Virus record (IMG/VR): IMGVR_UViG_3300043220_000070
Coordinates: 11,577-75,576 of that record
Length of the DNA stretch: 64,000 nt
Direction: 5' to 3' (one strand)
DNA from: a virus
Taxonomy: Duplodnaviria; Caudoviricetes
Of the stretch, positions 1 to 8,657 are shown piece after piece. The number at the start of each line of letters is the position of its first letter. Position 1 is the first letter of the stretch. The translations under genes were made by a program, and so were the position numbers. The notes under the pieces are model-generated. The model was not told where the DNA came from and ran no database searches. It worked only from the letters and a program-made list of their open reading frames with translations.

Positions 1-30
1 CAGCCCCCTACCCAAATCAGGAGGTGCAAC

Positions 31-210
31 ATGAAGACATTTCGAGTCGTGACCACAGAGACCCTGGAGACCGTCTACCTCGTGGAGGCGGCAAACGAAG
101 ACGAGGCCGGCGAGATGGCCCTTGCGGGCGACGGTGAGGTACTCTATACTGACACCTCGAACCTGGAAATATCCGAGGTTACAGAAGTACCCGAAGAGGA
201 GGGCGATTGA
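31..210 (+). CDS. Small acidic hypothetical protein (59 aa, below ORF-track cutoff)
   Basis: Manually translated MKTFRVVTTETLETVYLVEA...; strong SD (AGGAGGTG) upstream. Confidence 0.7.
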   Translation: MKTFRVVTTETLETVYLVEAANEDEAGEMALAGDGEVLYTDTSNLEISEVTEVPEEEGD

Positions 211-377
211 GCCCCATAGCCTACGCCCTCTACACCTACCTCCGGCGCCGGGCAGACGGTGACAATATCGTGATGGAGGAGTTGACGCGCGTACTGCGGG
301 CGAGTAAGACCACCATCAGAGCGGCGTTTGAAGAGCTGAGCCAAGAAGGACTCCTATCCTATTCCCAGGAGGCGTAA
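207..377 (+). CDS. Small winged-HTH-like protein (56 aa)
   Basis: TTG start overlapping previous stop; MSPIAYALYTYLRRRADGDNIVMEELTRVLRASKTTIRAAFEELSQEGLL fits a wHTH pattern. Confidence 0.6.
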   Translation: MSPIAYALYTYLRRRADGDNIVMEELTRVLRASKTTIRAAFEELSQEGLLSYSQEA

Positions 378-378
378 C

Positions 379-525
379 ATGAGTAGAAACGACCTACACG
401 CACGGCAACGCCGCTTCCTAGCCAACCTAGTGGCCCTACTCGTCGTCGGTACGGTGTTGGTGGCGGTCTACGGAGTCATCATCCTCGCCTTCTTCGGCGT
501 GGACGTGTTGGGTTATGGGCATTAG
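379..525 (+). CDS. Small membrane protein (48 aa)
   Basis: SD GGAGG; long hydrophobic stretch LANLVALLVVGTVLVAVYGVIILAFFGV. Confidence 0.6.
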   Translation: MSRNDLHARQRRFLANLVALLVVGTVLVAVYGVIILAFFGVDVLGYGH

Positions 526-527
526 CC

Positions 528-2057
528 TTGAGTTCTGGGCGGATACCTACCCGCCATGTCAGACGGGCCGCAACATCTGGGACTGGCTTCTCTCGGTGGC
601 ATCATGGGGGCCTAAGCATGATGCCATCTGCCGGGCATGGTGGAAGAGGCACGTTGGTGGGCCGTAACACCATCGTCATGACCAACACCTGGGCTCAGTT
701 CGCCGGCCCCAATGTCTTCCAGGCAAGGGAGGTACTGAGCTACCAGCAACACGGGTACAAGTACACGCAGGCGCACCGCCGCGGCGGGTGGGATGGCACT
801 GTATACTTGATGCGGGCCAAGGGCCGTTTCGCCGCCGGGCTGGTGCCGTGGCTCGTAGACCGACTGGCGAGGGAGGGTATCAGGGTGGAGGTGGACGACC
901 AGAGACCGGAGCCCCTACCCCAGGACACTCACCTTGCCAAACTTCGTAGTACCACGGACTTCAGGATTCACCAACGTAATGCGATTGAGCAGGCACTAGA
1001 CCAGGAACGGGGAGTTGTACACCACCCAACAGCGGCCGGCAAAACGGAAATAATGATTGCCCTCACGGAGTGTATTGGCCGGCCGGCACTGGTGCTGGTG
1101 CACCGCAAGGACTTGATGTACCAGGCGGCAGAGCGTTTCATGAAGACGCTCGGCTGCGGTAAGGAGACCGTTGGAATCGTCGGTGACGGGCTGTGGGAGC
1201 CCCGGGTCATTACCATAGCCACCTTCCAAACGCTGTACATGCGCCTCAAGGAGGGGGTGACGGACGTACAGAACTGGCTACAGAAGGAGATAGGACAGGT
1301 GCACGTAGATGAGTGTCACCACCTACCTGCTAGGAGCTACGAGAAGGTGATGGCCCAGCTCTGGTCGGCACGTTGGCGCTACGGCTATTCAGCGACCCCC
1401 TACAAGGAGGCCGACCCTGAGACACAGTTCAAGGTGATGGCCTGGCTTGGGCCAACGGTGCACCAGGTGGGGGCCGAGGAGCTAGCGGAGCGGGGCCACC
1501 TGGTGCCGGCGGATGTCTTCATGATTCGCCTGAAGCCCTCCCCCGTTACCTACAAGGACTGGCCAATGGCGGTACAGGGCGGCATCGTGGATAACTACGC
1601 GCGCAACGACATGATAGTGCGACTGGCCCGGGAGTTGCCCAAGCCCGTCGTCATCCTCGTGGAGCGCCTGGCACACGGGGAGTACCTGGCCCGGGAGCTC
1701 GGCACTCAGTTCGTAGCGGGGAACGCCAGCACCAGCACACGCCAGACAGCATGGTCAGCGCTACGTCAAGGGGTACTTCAGGTTCTCGTGGCCTCAAGGA
1801 TTGCTGACGAAGGCTTGGATATACCCCAGATTCGTTCGCTCATACTGGCGGGGGGAGGGAAGGCACCACATCTCACGGTTCAACGTATCGGGCGTGGGAT
1901 GAGGGTCGCCGGCGGGAAGGAAAGAATTTTTTGCTTCGATTTCCTCGACCGGGGGAAGTGGTTGGGAGCCCACGCCAAGCGCCGGCTCCAAACGTATAAC
2001 GAACAGCCGGCCTACACTGTGGCTGAAGTAGACATTGAGGAGGTACTAGGGACATGA
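528..2057 (+). CDS. Superfamily 2 (UvsW-like) DNA helicase; true start probably ~653
   Basis: Motifs HPTAAGKT, HVDECHH, YSATP, QRIGRGMR. Confidence 0.9.
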   Translation: MSSGRIPTRHVRRAATSGTGFSRWHHGGLSMMPSAGHGGRGTLVGRNTIVMTNTWAQFAGPNVFQAREVLSYQQHGYKYTQAHRRGGWDGTVYLMRAKGRFAAGLVPWLVDRLAREGIRVEVDDQRPEPLPQDTHLAKLRSTTDFRIHQRNAIEQALDQERGVVHHPTAAGKTEIMIALTECIGRPALVLVHRKDLMYQAAERFMKTLGCGKETVGIVGDGLWEPRVITIATFQTLYMRLKEGVTDVQNWLQKEIGQVHVDECHHLPARSYEKVMAQLWSARWRYGYSATPYKEADPETQFKVMAWLGPTVHQVGAEELAERGHLVPADVFMIRLKPSPVTYKDWPMAVQGGIVDNYARNDMIVRLARELPKPVVILVERLAHGEYLARELGTQFVAGNASTSTRQTAWSALRQGVLQVLVASRIADEGLDIPQIRSLILAGGGKAPHLTVQRIGRGMRVAGGKERIFCFDFLDRGKWLGAHAKRRLQTYNEQPAYTVAEVDIEEVLGT

Positions 2058-2209
2058 CCCCACCGAAAGAGAACCCAGGACTGCAACTGTACCCAGTTTG
2101 TGACTTCTGTCCCCGGGTGGCGCCAGTGTTCAGGCTCAAGCCACGCAGGGGTTACACGGAGCTGTTCCTCTGCCTGTCCTGCATCAAAGAGCTGGACAAT
2201 GCCTGGTAG
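2054..2209 (+). CDS. Small CxxC...CxxC zinc-binding protein (51 aa)
   Basis: Manual translation MTPPKENPGLQLYPVCDFCPRV...FLCLSCIKELDNAW; ATGA overlap with helicase stop. Confidence 0.6.
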   Translation: MTPPKENPGLQLYPVCDFCPRVAPVFRLKPRRGYTELFLCLSCIKELDNAW

Positions 2210-2525
2210 ACTGAGTGAGCTCGAGCGTCGAAGAAGCCAAGGAGTGGCGGTCGTGCACTACACGGACGGGGACTATAGATGCAAATGGTTTACCCCTACC
2301 TACTTCACCGACAACGAGGACGAGTGGTGGGAGGTGGACGCTGAGCGGGTGAAGCGGGAGTACGTTCCCACCTTTAACTACGACCTTGGACGAATGCGGG
2401 AGGAGCCGGGCGAGCCGCAGCACCTTCTCTACGAGGTCTATTGGAACAGCGAGCTGGTGTGGGAGCTGTTCCTTGCGAGCTATGACCCAGTTGCGCTACC
2501 ATCAGAGGAGGAGGTGCAGCAATGA
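2199..2525 (+). CDS. Hypothetical protein
   Basis: Track ORF 2100..2525; start reassigned to ATG 2199 overlapping the upstream gene. Confidence 0.6.
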   Translation: MPGRLSELERRRSQGVAVVHYTDGDYRCKWFTPTYFTDNEDEWWEVDAERVKREYVPTFNYDLGRMREEPGEPQHLLYEVYWNSELVWELFLASYDPVALPSEEEVQQ

Positions 2526-2830
2526 CCGCACGAACCGAAAAAATACTTGAGTTACAACGAGACCTAGACATTCTCCGGGAGAAATACGACACTCTATGCA
2601 CCCAGAGCGGGACAATGGCAGGCGAGGTACGGAGCCTTAGCGCTTCGCTGGGCACGCAGATAGAGCAGAACGTGGCGCTGCTGGCGGCCCTGCAAAGGGC
2701 CTTTCCCATCCTTGTCGGTCTATGTAACAGGGCGGGCTTAGACCCTGACTTGTTGGGCTACACAAGTGACGGTTGGGCAGCAAAAGAGGCAGTTCGCGCC
2801 GTCATCGCCGGCCGGGAGGCGCAGCAATGA
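2522..2830 (+). CDS. Coiled-coil hypothetical protein
   Basis: SD GGAGGTG, ATGA overlap, heptad-like N-terminus. Confidence 0.7.
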   Translation: MTARTEKILELQRDLDILREKYDTLCTQSGTMAGEVRSLSASLGTQIEQNVALLAALQRAFPILVGLCNRAGLDPDLLGYTSDGWAAKEAVRAVIAGREAQQ

Positions 2831-3108
2831 AGTCAAGGCGTATTGAGACGGTAACGCAGCGTCTAACGCTGGAGATAGGGTTCGCCGGGGAGCTCGGAGC
2901 GGCCGGACTCACCGAGGCCATCATTGAGGCGCTCGAGAAGGGTGGCGTCCTCGAAGAGGCGGGCATCATCTACATCCGGGCTGAAGCTCCCGGTGAGAGG
3001 CTGATGGCCATCGACCTCTGGGCGCCGGAGCCCGAAGCACCGCCGGCTGAGCCGCCAATGACCCCCGAGGCTGTCGAGGACGACCCGCCACCAGAGCCAA
3101 ACGTATGA
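2827..3108 (+). CDS. Hypothetical protein with Pro/Glu-rich tail
   Basis: SD plus ATGA overlap at 2827. Confidence 0.65.
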   Translation: MKSRRIETVTQRLTLEIGFAGELGAAGLTEAIIEALEKGGVLEEAGIIYIRAEAPGERLMAIDLWAPEPEAPPAEPPMTPEAVEDDPPPEPNV

Positions 3109-3114
3109 AACCTA

Positions 3115-3349
3115 GTGTGACCCACAAAACGTGTAGTCAGGCACAAGGGGTTGTGGGTTACAATGGGTTGTGCCTCACAACCGTTTTTGTACCTGAGGAG
3201 GTGGCGAAAATGTGTTGTGGGTCACAACCCGTTGTGAGGCACCTTTCATTAGCAGTGTAAGTAAGGAGAAGGAATGGGTACAGCAATACAAAGGCTAAAC
3301 CCTAGGTGGGTCACAACCCTTTTGCCCCTAAACCCTAGGTGAGCCACAA
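3115..3349. repeat. Cluster of TTGTG-N3-CACAA palindromes (operator/iteron-like) plus TAAACCCTAGGTG direct repeat
   Basis: Perfect copies at 3168-3180 and 3215-3227; imperfect copies at 3115, 3134, 3151, 3232, 3304, 3337; only sizeable intergenic region of the + arm. Confidence 0.8.
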
Positions 3350-3537
3350 TGGATTACCCCATCCGTCGCACACCACCACCCAGAAGGGAGAAACGACTAG
3401 TATACAAGCCGGGGCAGACGGTAGGGCTCTGTAACATCTGCCGTATCTACCGCGTTTTTGAATTCACACCCGCCCTGACGTGCAGGTGCACCACCTGTGG
3501 GTGGGAGATAAGCCTAGAGGAGGTACAAGGTGCTTGA
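3349..3537 (+). CDS. Small zinc-ribbon protein
   Basis: CNIC...CTTC. Confidence 0.6.
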   Translation: MDYPIRRTPPPRREKRLVYKPGQTVGLCNICRIYRVFEFTPALTCRCTTCGWEISLEEVQGA

Positions 3538-3643
3538 AGAAGAAATCTACCACATCATCAATTACTTTCCCCATTGGGTCTGGGCTTGGGTGTTGCTCAC
3601 TGCACTAGCAGCTAGCGCAGTCAAGAAGTAGAGGAGGTGCACA

Positions 3644-3856
3644 ATGACCGAGCTAAGAAGTCACCCTGACAACGTGAAGGTCGGACAGGTATGGCAGGAC
3701 AACGACCCAAGAATGTGGGAAAGGAAGCTACGTGTGGTGGGGGTAGGGTTTGGCTTTGTCTTCATGGAGGACTCAGGGGGGAAGAAGAGGCGCTACCTGC
3801 TCCGGCGAATGCGTGACAACAGCCGGGGCTTTCGCCTGGTAGAGGAGGTATCATGA
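3644..3856 (+). CDS. Small SH3-like beta protein
   Basis: SD; VKVGQVWQD...LRVVGV pattern. Confidence 0.6.
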   Translation: MTELRSHPDNVKVGQVWQDNDPRMWERKLRVVGVGFGFVFMEDSGGKKRRYLLRRMRDNSRGFRLVEEVS

Positions 3857-4173
3857 CGAACGCAATAGACGAGGCGAAGCGGCTGCTGGCGGCGGCAGAG
3901 CAAAAGGGGGGCTGCACGGGCTTCAAAGCCGGACGCGATTATTGCCCCGGATGTTCCGCTGATGCCGCACTAAGTCTGATTATGGAGCGGGGCAAGGAGT
4001 TCCTGCGCGTCCTCATAATCACGGCGGAGGCGCTGAGGGAGGATGGTCACGACTCACAGAAGTACATGTGCCTGGTAGGGAGAACAGTGCCACTTGAGAA
4101 GGCTAGTTGCTCAGGTTGCACGGCCCTCGCCGAGTTTGAGAAGCTGTTTCCGAAGGAGGTACAAGATGACTAA
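3853..4173 (+). CDS. Hypothetical Cys-containing protein
   Basis: SD, ATGA overlap, CxxC pairs. Confidence 0.65.
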   Translation: MTNAIDEAKRLLAAAEQKGGCTGFKAGRDYCPGCSADAALSLIMERGKEFLRVLIITAEALREDGHDSQKYMCLVGRTVPLEKASCSGCTALAEFEKLFPKEVQDD

Positions 4174-4438
4174 GCCCGTATGTATAGTTGAATGTGTGGT
4201 AGGCGACCATTGTGCACTGTCCCTTCACCTGGATGAGGCGGATGGCTGGGTGTACTTCTCCATCTTCATTGGGGCGTTCTACGCCGGCCAGTCCTCCCTC
4301 ATGAGCCGGTGGGTAGAGAGATTCAAGATGGTCTTCACCATACTGGTAGGCAGGGAGTATCAGTTCGAGGATATTATCCTCGACCGTGAGGCGGTGAAGA
4401 AGGTGACGGACTTCCTCCTCCTAGTGGAGGACGACTGA
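4166..4438 (+). CDS. Hypothetical protein
   Basis: SD GGAGGT before ATG 4166 within track ORF 4094..4438. Confidence 0.65.
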   Translation: MTKPVCIVECVVGDHCALSLHLDEADGWVYFSIFIGAFYAGQSSLMSRWVERFKMVFTILVGREYQFEDIILDREAVKKVTDFLLLVEDD

Positions 4439-4439
4439 G

Positions 4440-4655
4440 ATGAAGTCTGTGTTCCTCGTAACCCACAGTGACTACGATGAGTACAGCATCGAGGGGATTT
4501 TCGAGTCGGAGGCTGACGCAAAGGCTGCGCTTCAATTCCGGGGTTTCCGCATCTACAAGACGGGCAGGGCAAGGGGACTCTGGTCGAAGCGCGGGTGGTG
4601 GTATCCCTTAAAGATTGAGGAATATCCCATCGGCTGGCGGGGGGAGGACGACTGA
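4440..4655 (+). CDS. Hypothetical protein flanked by 19-bp direct repeats
   Basis: Track ORF; flanked by GGAGGACGACTGAGATGAA at 4426-4444 and 4643-4661. Confidence 0.7.
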   Translation: MKSVFLVTHSDYDEYSIEGIFESEADAKAALQFRGFRIYKTGRARGLWSKRGWWYPLKIEEYPIGWRGEDD

Positions 4656-4656
4656 G

Positions 4657-4944
4657 ATGAATGTCACCTGCCCCCAGTTTCGTTCCACCTCCTCAGGCGC
4701 CGACATTCAACCAAAAACCGACGACCTGTGTGGGACATGTGCCTTCGCCCGGGGAGACCACGAAGAGGAGGTGGGAGAGCCCCGCGGCGCCAACTGTGAG
4801 GTGGTGGCGGATGTCCTCCTGAAGTGCGGACATCACTACTGTTGGCTCTGTTACGAACGGGGACGGGACGAGTGCAACCACCTCGTCAAGGTGAGGAGGC
4901 GTAGCGGGACTCGGTTGGTCTGGGAGAAAGCGGAGGCTCCATGA
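4657..4944 (+). CDS. Cys/His-rich hypothetical protein
   Basis: ATG 4657 after SD; CGTC, CGHHYCWLC. Confidence 0.6.
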   Translation: MNVTCPQFRSTSSGADIQPKTDDLCGTCAFARGDHEEEVGEPRGANCEVVADVLLKCGHHYCWLCYERGRDECNHLVKVRRRSGTRLVWEKAEAP

Positions 4945-5061
4945 GCCCCCTCTGCTTCCTGGTGTGGGCGTGGGTTGACTTTAACCTGGTGCTGGGCCTC
5001 CACCTCAACTCGCTGGCCCGAGAACTGCTGGAGTGGCCACTCTATTTCCAAGGAGGTGCTG

Positions 5062-5562
5062 ATGGAGACAACATGGAGATACTGCCCCGATGGGCACAAG
5101 CACCAAACACAACCTCAGTTCCTCCCGTGCTGTCCGAAAGCCCACCCTCCCGGTTCTAAGGAAAGAAGCAGGCGCCGTCCGCCGGCGCATCCACGCTTAC
5201 GGGCGAAGGCAAGGAGCTTCATCCAACTGCGGGACAGGGGTCTGTGTAGGTACTGTGGCCAGCATGGTCAGGAAGTTGACCATGTGGTGCCGAGGTGTAA
5301 TGGTGGGGGGGATTATGCGTTTGATAACTTGGTATGGAGCTGCAAGAGGTGCAACGGTATCAAGGGTAGGGAGGCCGGCTTCACCCTCAAGAAGGAGCGG
5401 CTCTACTGGCACGGCCGCCTTGTAGCTCCCGGCCACCTCTTCGGCCCGGAGTTGCTGGCGAAAATAGAAGCTCAACGTTTGGAGCGCCAGGTTGCGGCCG
5501 GCCTCACGGGCGTGGTAGAATATAAGCAGAAGCAAGAACAGAATTCAGGAGGTGCATCATGA
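5062..5562 (+). CDS. HNH endonuclease
   Basis: RDRGLCRYCG...VDHVVPR...DNLVWSCKRCNGIKG; SD before ATG 5062. Confidence 0.85.
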   Translation: METTWRYCPDGHKHQTQPQFLPCCPKAHPPGSKERSRRRPPAHPRLRAKARSFIQLRDRGLCRYCGQHGQEVDHVVPRCNGGGDYAFDNLVWSCKRCNGIKGREAGFTLKKERLYWHGRLVAPGHLFGPELLAKIEAQRLERQVAAGLTGVVEYKQKQEQNSGGAS

Positions 5563-6023
5563 GTAACCCTATTAGTAGGTTCTTCAAGTCAAGGGAGGCG
5601 GTACATGTCCGGGAGGCGATACGGACACATGGCATCTTCGTTATCGAACCCACCACTTGCTGTGCTGAGTGTGGTGGGTACTTCCGAACGGAGAAGATGA
5701 AGACCATCGTCCGGGGCGAGACCGTCCTGAAACAGGACAGGGGCGTGGGTCTTCCCCACTTCGAGTCGGTCTCCTACTGCCAGGGCTGCAAGCCTCTGGC
5801 GACCATCATCTTCGTCCTGCGAGACACCCAGGGTGAGGTGCTGGACAGGCGGTTCTTCACGGCGGACAATGGCTGGTTCCAGGACGTGGATGAGAGAACG
5901 GGTGAAGACCGGTACGTCGTCTCGCTGGATGAGTACAACCACACATTCTGCGGAGAGTGCGGCGAGCTCATCGAGGAGACGGAGTGCCAGGACTGCCGCA
6001 AGCCTAAGAAGGCTGAGAAGTAG
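5559..6023 (+). CDS. Multi-CxxC zinc-binding protein
   Basis: Four CxxC pairs; SD and ATGA overlap. Confidence 0.7.
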   Translation: MSNPISRFFKSREAVHVREAIRTHGIFVIEPTTCCAECGGYFRTEKMKTIVRGETVLKQDRGVGLPHFESVSYCQGCKPLATIIFVLRDTQGEVLDRRFFTADNGWFQDVDERTGEDRYVVSLDEYNHTFCGECGELIEETECQDCRKPKKAEK

Positions 6024-6026
6024 CTT

Positions 6027-6377
6027 TTGAAGACCTTGACAATTTCGGACAGCGGCCACCGCTATCTCCTACTCGTAAGGGAGGACACCGACCTGCCTTC
6101 TCTGCCGGAGAAGGAGGAGCCTCCCCACATGCGGTTCATGGGTTGGTGGAGGGGGCAGTGCGAGCGGATGGGCATCCCCTACGTCTTCCGTGTGGCGGAG
6201 CCTCAGGGCGTCCGTATCATCCAGTCGCTGCTGAAGAAGCATACACTCGAGGAGCTCCAGGAACTGGCCCTTCACTTCCTTCTTGACCACGGCGACCGGC
6301 TCCGGGAAGATGCACGGCATTTTTCGATTTTCGCCAGCATGGTACCCACCATGCAACAGGAGTTGAAAAGAGAGTAA
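6027..6377 (+). CDS. Hypothetical protein
   Basis: Track ORF in the operon, TTG start. Confidence 0.6.
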   Translation: MKTLTISDSGHRYLLLVREDTDLPSLPEKEEPPHMRFMGWWRGQCERMGIPYVFRVAEPQGVRIIQSLLKKHTLEELQELALHFLLDHGDRLREDARHFSIFASMVPTMQQELKRE

Positions 6378-6380
6378 GCT

Positions 6381-6845
6381 ATGCCCTCGGGAGTGTACCA
6401 ACGCCCCTCCTGGTTCGAGCGCTTCTGGAAGTGGGTATCTGTTCCCTCGGATGCTACAAGGTGTTGGTTGTGGAAGGGTGCCCTCCATCACGGGTACGGG
6501 TACCTGCGTATTGACGGTCGTGAGTGGGAAAGCCATCGAGTCTCTTATTTATTGCACTATGGAGACCTGCCCCCACAACTAGACCACCTTTGTCGGGTGC
6601 GCCATTGTGCTAACCCCTACCACTTGGAATCGGTCACGGCTAAGGAGAATATACTACGTGGCGAGTCTCCCTCGGCGCGGAATGCCCGGAAGACCCACTG
6701 CCCCAAAAGGCACCCCTACAATGAGGAGAACACCTACCTCTGTTTGAGAAGACGAAACAACCATCCGAATAAATGGAGTCGGGAGTGTCGTATATGTGCA
6801 CGAGAGCGTCAACTAAAGTATGCGGAAAGGAGAAAGGTGGCGTGA
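6381..6845 (+). CDS. HNH homing endonuclease (HNH_3-like) with C-terminal zinc ribbon
   Basis: CWLWKG...GYG...HRVSY...LDHLCRVRHCANPYHLE..T..EN; KTHCPKRH...CRIC. Confidence 0.9.
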   Translation: MPSGVYQRPSWFERFWKWVSVPSDATRCWLWKGALHHGYGYLRIDGREWESHRVSYLLHYGDLPPQLDHLCRVRHCANPYHLESVTAKENILRGESPSARNARKTHCPKRHPYNEENTYLCLRRRNNHPNKWSRECRICARERQLKYAERRKVA

Positions 6846-7075
6846 ATAGTTTTTTGAAGAGGTTGTTCCGAAGAACCTGTCGTTCACATGACATGGAGCC
6901 GGTCATCTTTCCCCCTCCTAAGTTCGAGTGTCTTTATGACGGCTACCTTTGGGGGGCAACGATTATGGTGTGTAGGCACTGTTGGCAAGTGGAAGTCAGG
7001 GAACAGCGGGTAGATACGGCGGAGGAAAAGGTCTACGTGCGCCAGACTGTATTGAACAGGGGGAGGGCACAATAA
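6842..7075 (+). CDS. Hypothetical protein
   Basis: GTG overlapping HNH stop, within track ORF 6773..7075. Confidence 0.5.
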   Translation: MNSFLKRLFRRTCRSHDMEPVIFPPPKFECLYDGYLWGATIMVCRHCWQVEVREQRVDTAEEKVYVRQTVLNRGRAQ

Positions 7076-8370
7076 CCGGCTTATTCTGGGCCATGTCCCT
7101 AGTGCTGTCCGACCCCACCTTCCTGGAGAAGTGGAGGCACGCGCTCGTCCCTGAGTCGCTCCCCAAAGGGCCAACACGGTTCCTTCTGGCGTCCGCTCTC
7201 GAGCACTGGGATGCCCACCACCAGCTCATGGACTGGGCGGCCTACCTCTACTGGGTAGATAGTGCCATTGAAGATGAAGATTTGCATAAGGACTACCGGC
7301 AAATCTTCCTTGACATCCAGTCCGCCTATCCCATCACCGCCTCCAGCCACCCTACTGCATGGGAGGCGGCAGAGGAATGGCTCCAGAGCTACCATGTGGG
7401 GATGGCACTCGACCGTGCCCGAGCCGCTCTTGTCGCCGGCGACCGGGGTGGCGCCTTTTCTGAGCTCTTAGGACTACGGGAGGTGACTGGTGAAGAAAGA
7501 GAAGACCCTATTGAACTGGTACCTAGTGATGCCCTCGGGGACATTATTCGCTCTCGGCGCTCTACCAACTGGAGAGACGCCCCAATTCCACTGGGTATCG
7601 ACCTCATGGACGAAGCGCTGGAGGGGGGAGTACAGCGAGGTGACCTAGCCATCATCGCTGGCCCTACCAACCTAGGTAAGTCGATGTTCCTATGCTATCT
7701 GGCAGCGTCGGCGTACAAAGCAAACCGGCGTGTCCTCTACCTCACATATGAGCTCAGCCGCCTCCATATTGGGGAGCGTATCTTGATGGCACTCTTCGAG
7801 AAGCCGAAGCAAGACCTCAACCCCGACACGGTAGCGGACGAATTGATAGCCCGGAGGGAACGGTGGGGAGTGACTGACCGCGGGAGTGTGGTGATTGAGG
7901 ATGGGCTGCGTACAGTCACCGACCTGCGGCACCGGTTGGAGGAGGACGATGTTGACCTCGTGCTACTGGACAGTGCGGACGACATTTCCCCCCGACAGAA
8001 CTACCCCAATTTGTATCTGTCGCAAGGCGAGGTGTACTCGGACATTTTGCTGGACATTTGCCACGGCATGAACCTCCCAGTTTGGACTTCGGTTCAGTTA
8101 AACCGCGAATCGGTAGAGCGCGCCCGTGTCAACCTCCGTCACATCGGAGACAGCTTCAAGAAGGTGCAGAGGTCGACGTTGTGTGTAGCCGTCTCCCAAT
8201 CCCGGGAGGAGGAGGATTATTACCTAGCCCCACTCGTCAAACTCTCCGTGCTGAAGGACAGCCAGCACGGGGCGAAGGGAAAATGGTGGAGGTACACCAC
8301 TGCATTTGGACGGGGGGCCAAGGGTTGGCCTGGGTTCAGCCACTTCCCGGAAAGGGGCTCGCTGGAATGA
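7072..8370 (+). CDS. dnaB: Replicative DnaB-like (SF4) helicase; start ATA 7072 or ATG 7093
   Basis: Walker A IAGPTNLGKS, Walker B LVLLDSAD, WTSVQLNR motif. Confidence 0.9.
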   Translation: MTGLFWAMSLVLSDPTFLEKWRHALVPESLPKGPTRFLLASALEHWDAHHQLMDWAAYLYWVDSAIEDEDLHKDYRQIFLDIQSAYPITASSHPTAWEAAEEWLQSYHVGMALDRARAALVAGDRGGAFSELLGLREVTGEEREDPIELVPSDALGDIIRSRRSTNWRDAPIPLGIDLMDEALEGGVQRGDLAIIAGPTNLGKSMFLCYLAASAYKANRRVLYLTYELSRLHIGERILMALFEKPKQDLNPDTVADELIARRERWGVTDRGSVVIEDGLRTVTDLRHRLEEDDVDLVLLDSADDISPRQNYPNLYLSQGEVYSDILLDICHGMNLPVWTSVQLNRESVERARVNLRHIGDSFKKVQRSTLCVAVSQSREEEDYYLAPLVKLSVLKDSQHGAKGKWWRYTTAFGRGAKGWPGFSHFPERGSLE

Positions 8371-8516
8371 ATGCTAAAGAGACCCACCTCCTGGCCACTG
8401 GTTCTGGCTACTACTGGCTCAAGACGGTATGCGGAACAGTAATCAGCCGGCGGGAGTACCACGAATCGCTCGGCTCTAAGTACATCTGTTCCGCTTGTCT
8501 CCCCAGAGAGAGGTGA
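8367..8516 (+). CDS. Small zinc-finger-like protein (49 aa)
   Basis: MNAKETH...TVCG...ICSAC; ATGA overlap. Confidence 0.55.
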   Translation: MNAKETHLLATGSGYYWLKTVCGTVISRREYHESLGSKYICSACLPRER

Positions 8517-8522
8517 CCTTGA

Positions 8523-8657
8523 GTGACCGAAGAAGATGAACACGCCTTCTGTGAGCAGTGTGGGGACTGCATCGTCTGCGAGCCCGACCACTACTGCGAC
8601 GTTTGCAAGGGGTGCAGGTGGGCCTGCGGTGGCTGTGAAGAGGAGCAAGAGGGATGA
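8523..8657 (+). CDS. Cys-rich miniprotein (44 aa, 9 Cys)
   Basis: Manual translation MTEEDEHAFCEQCGDCIVCEPDHYCDVCKGCRWACGGCEEEQEG; SD GAGGTG; stop overlaps next ATG. Confidence 0.65.
   Translation: MTEEDEHAFCEQCGDCIVCEPDHYCDVCKGCRWACGGCEEEQEG

Noticed and set aside
3115-3349. Repeat cluster as a mini-CRISPR array
   Set aside because: Units are 13-bp palindromes with 4-nt gaps, there are no unique 30-40 nt spacers, and no cas genes are present
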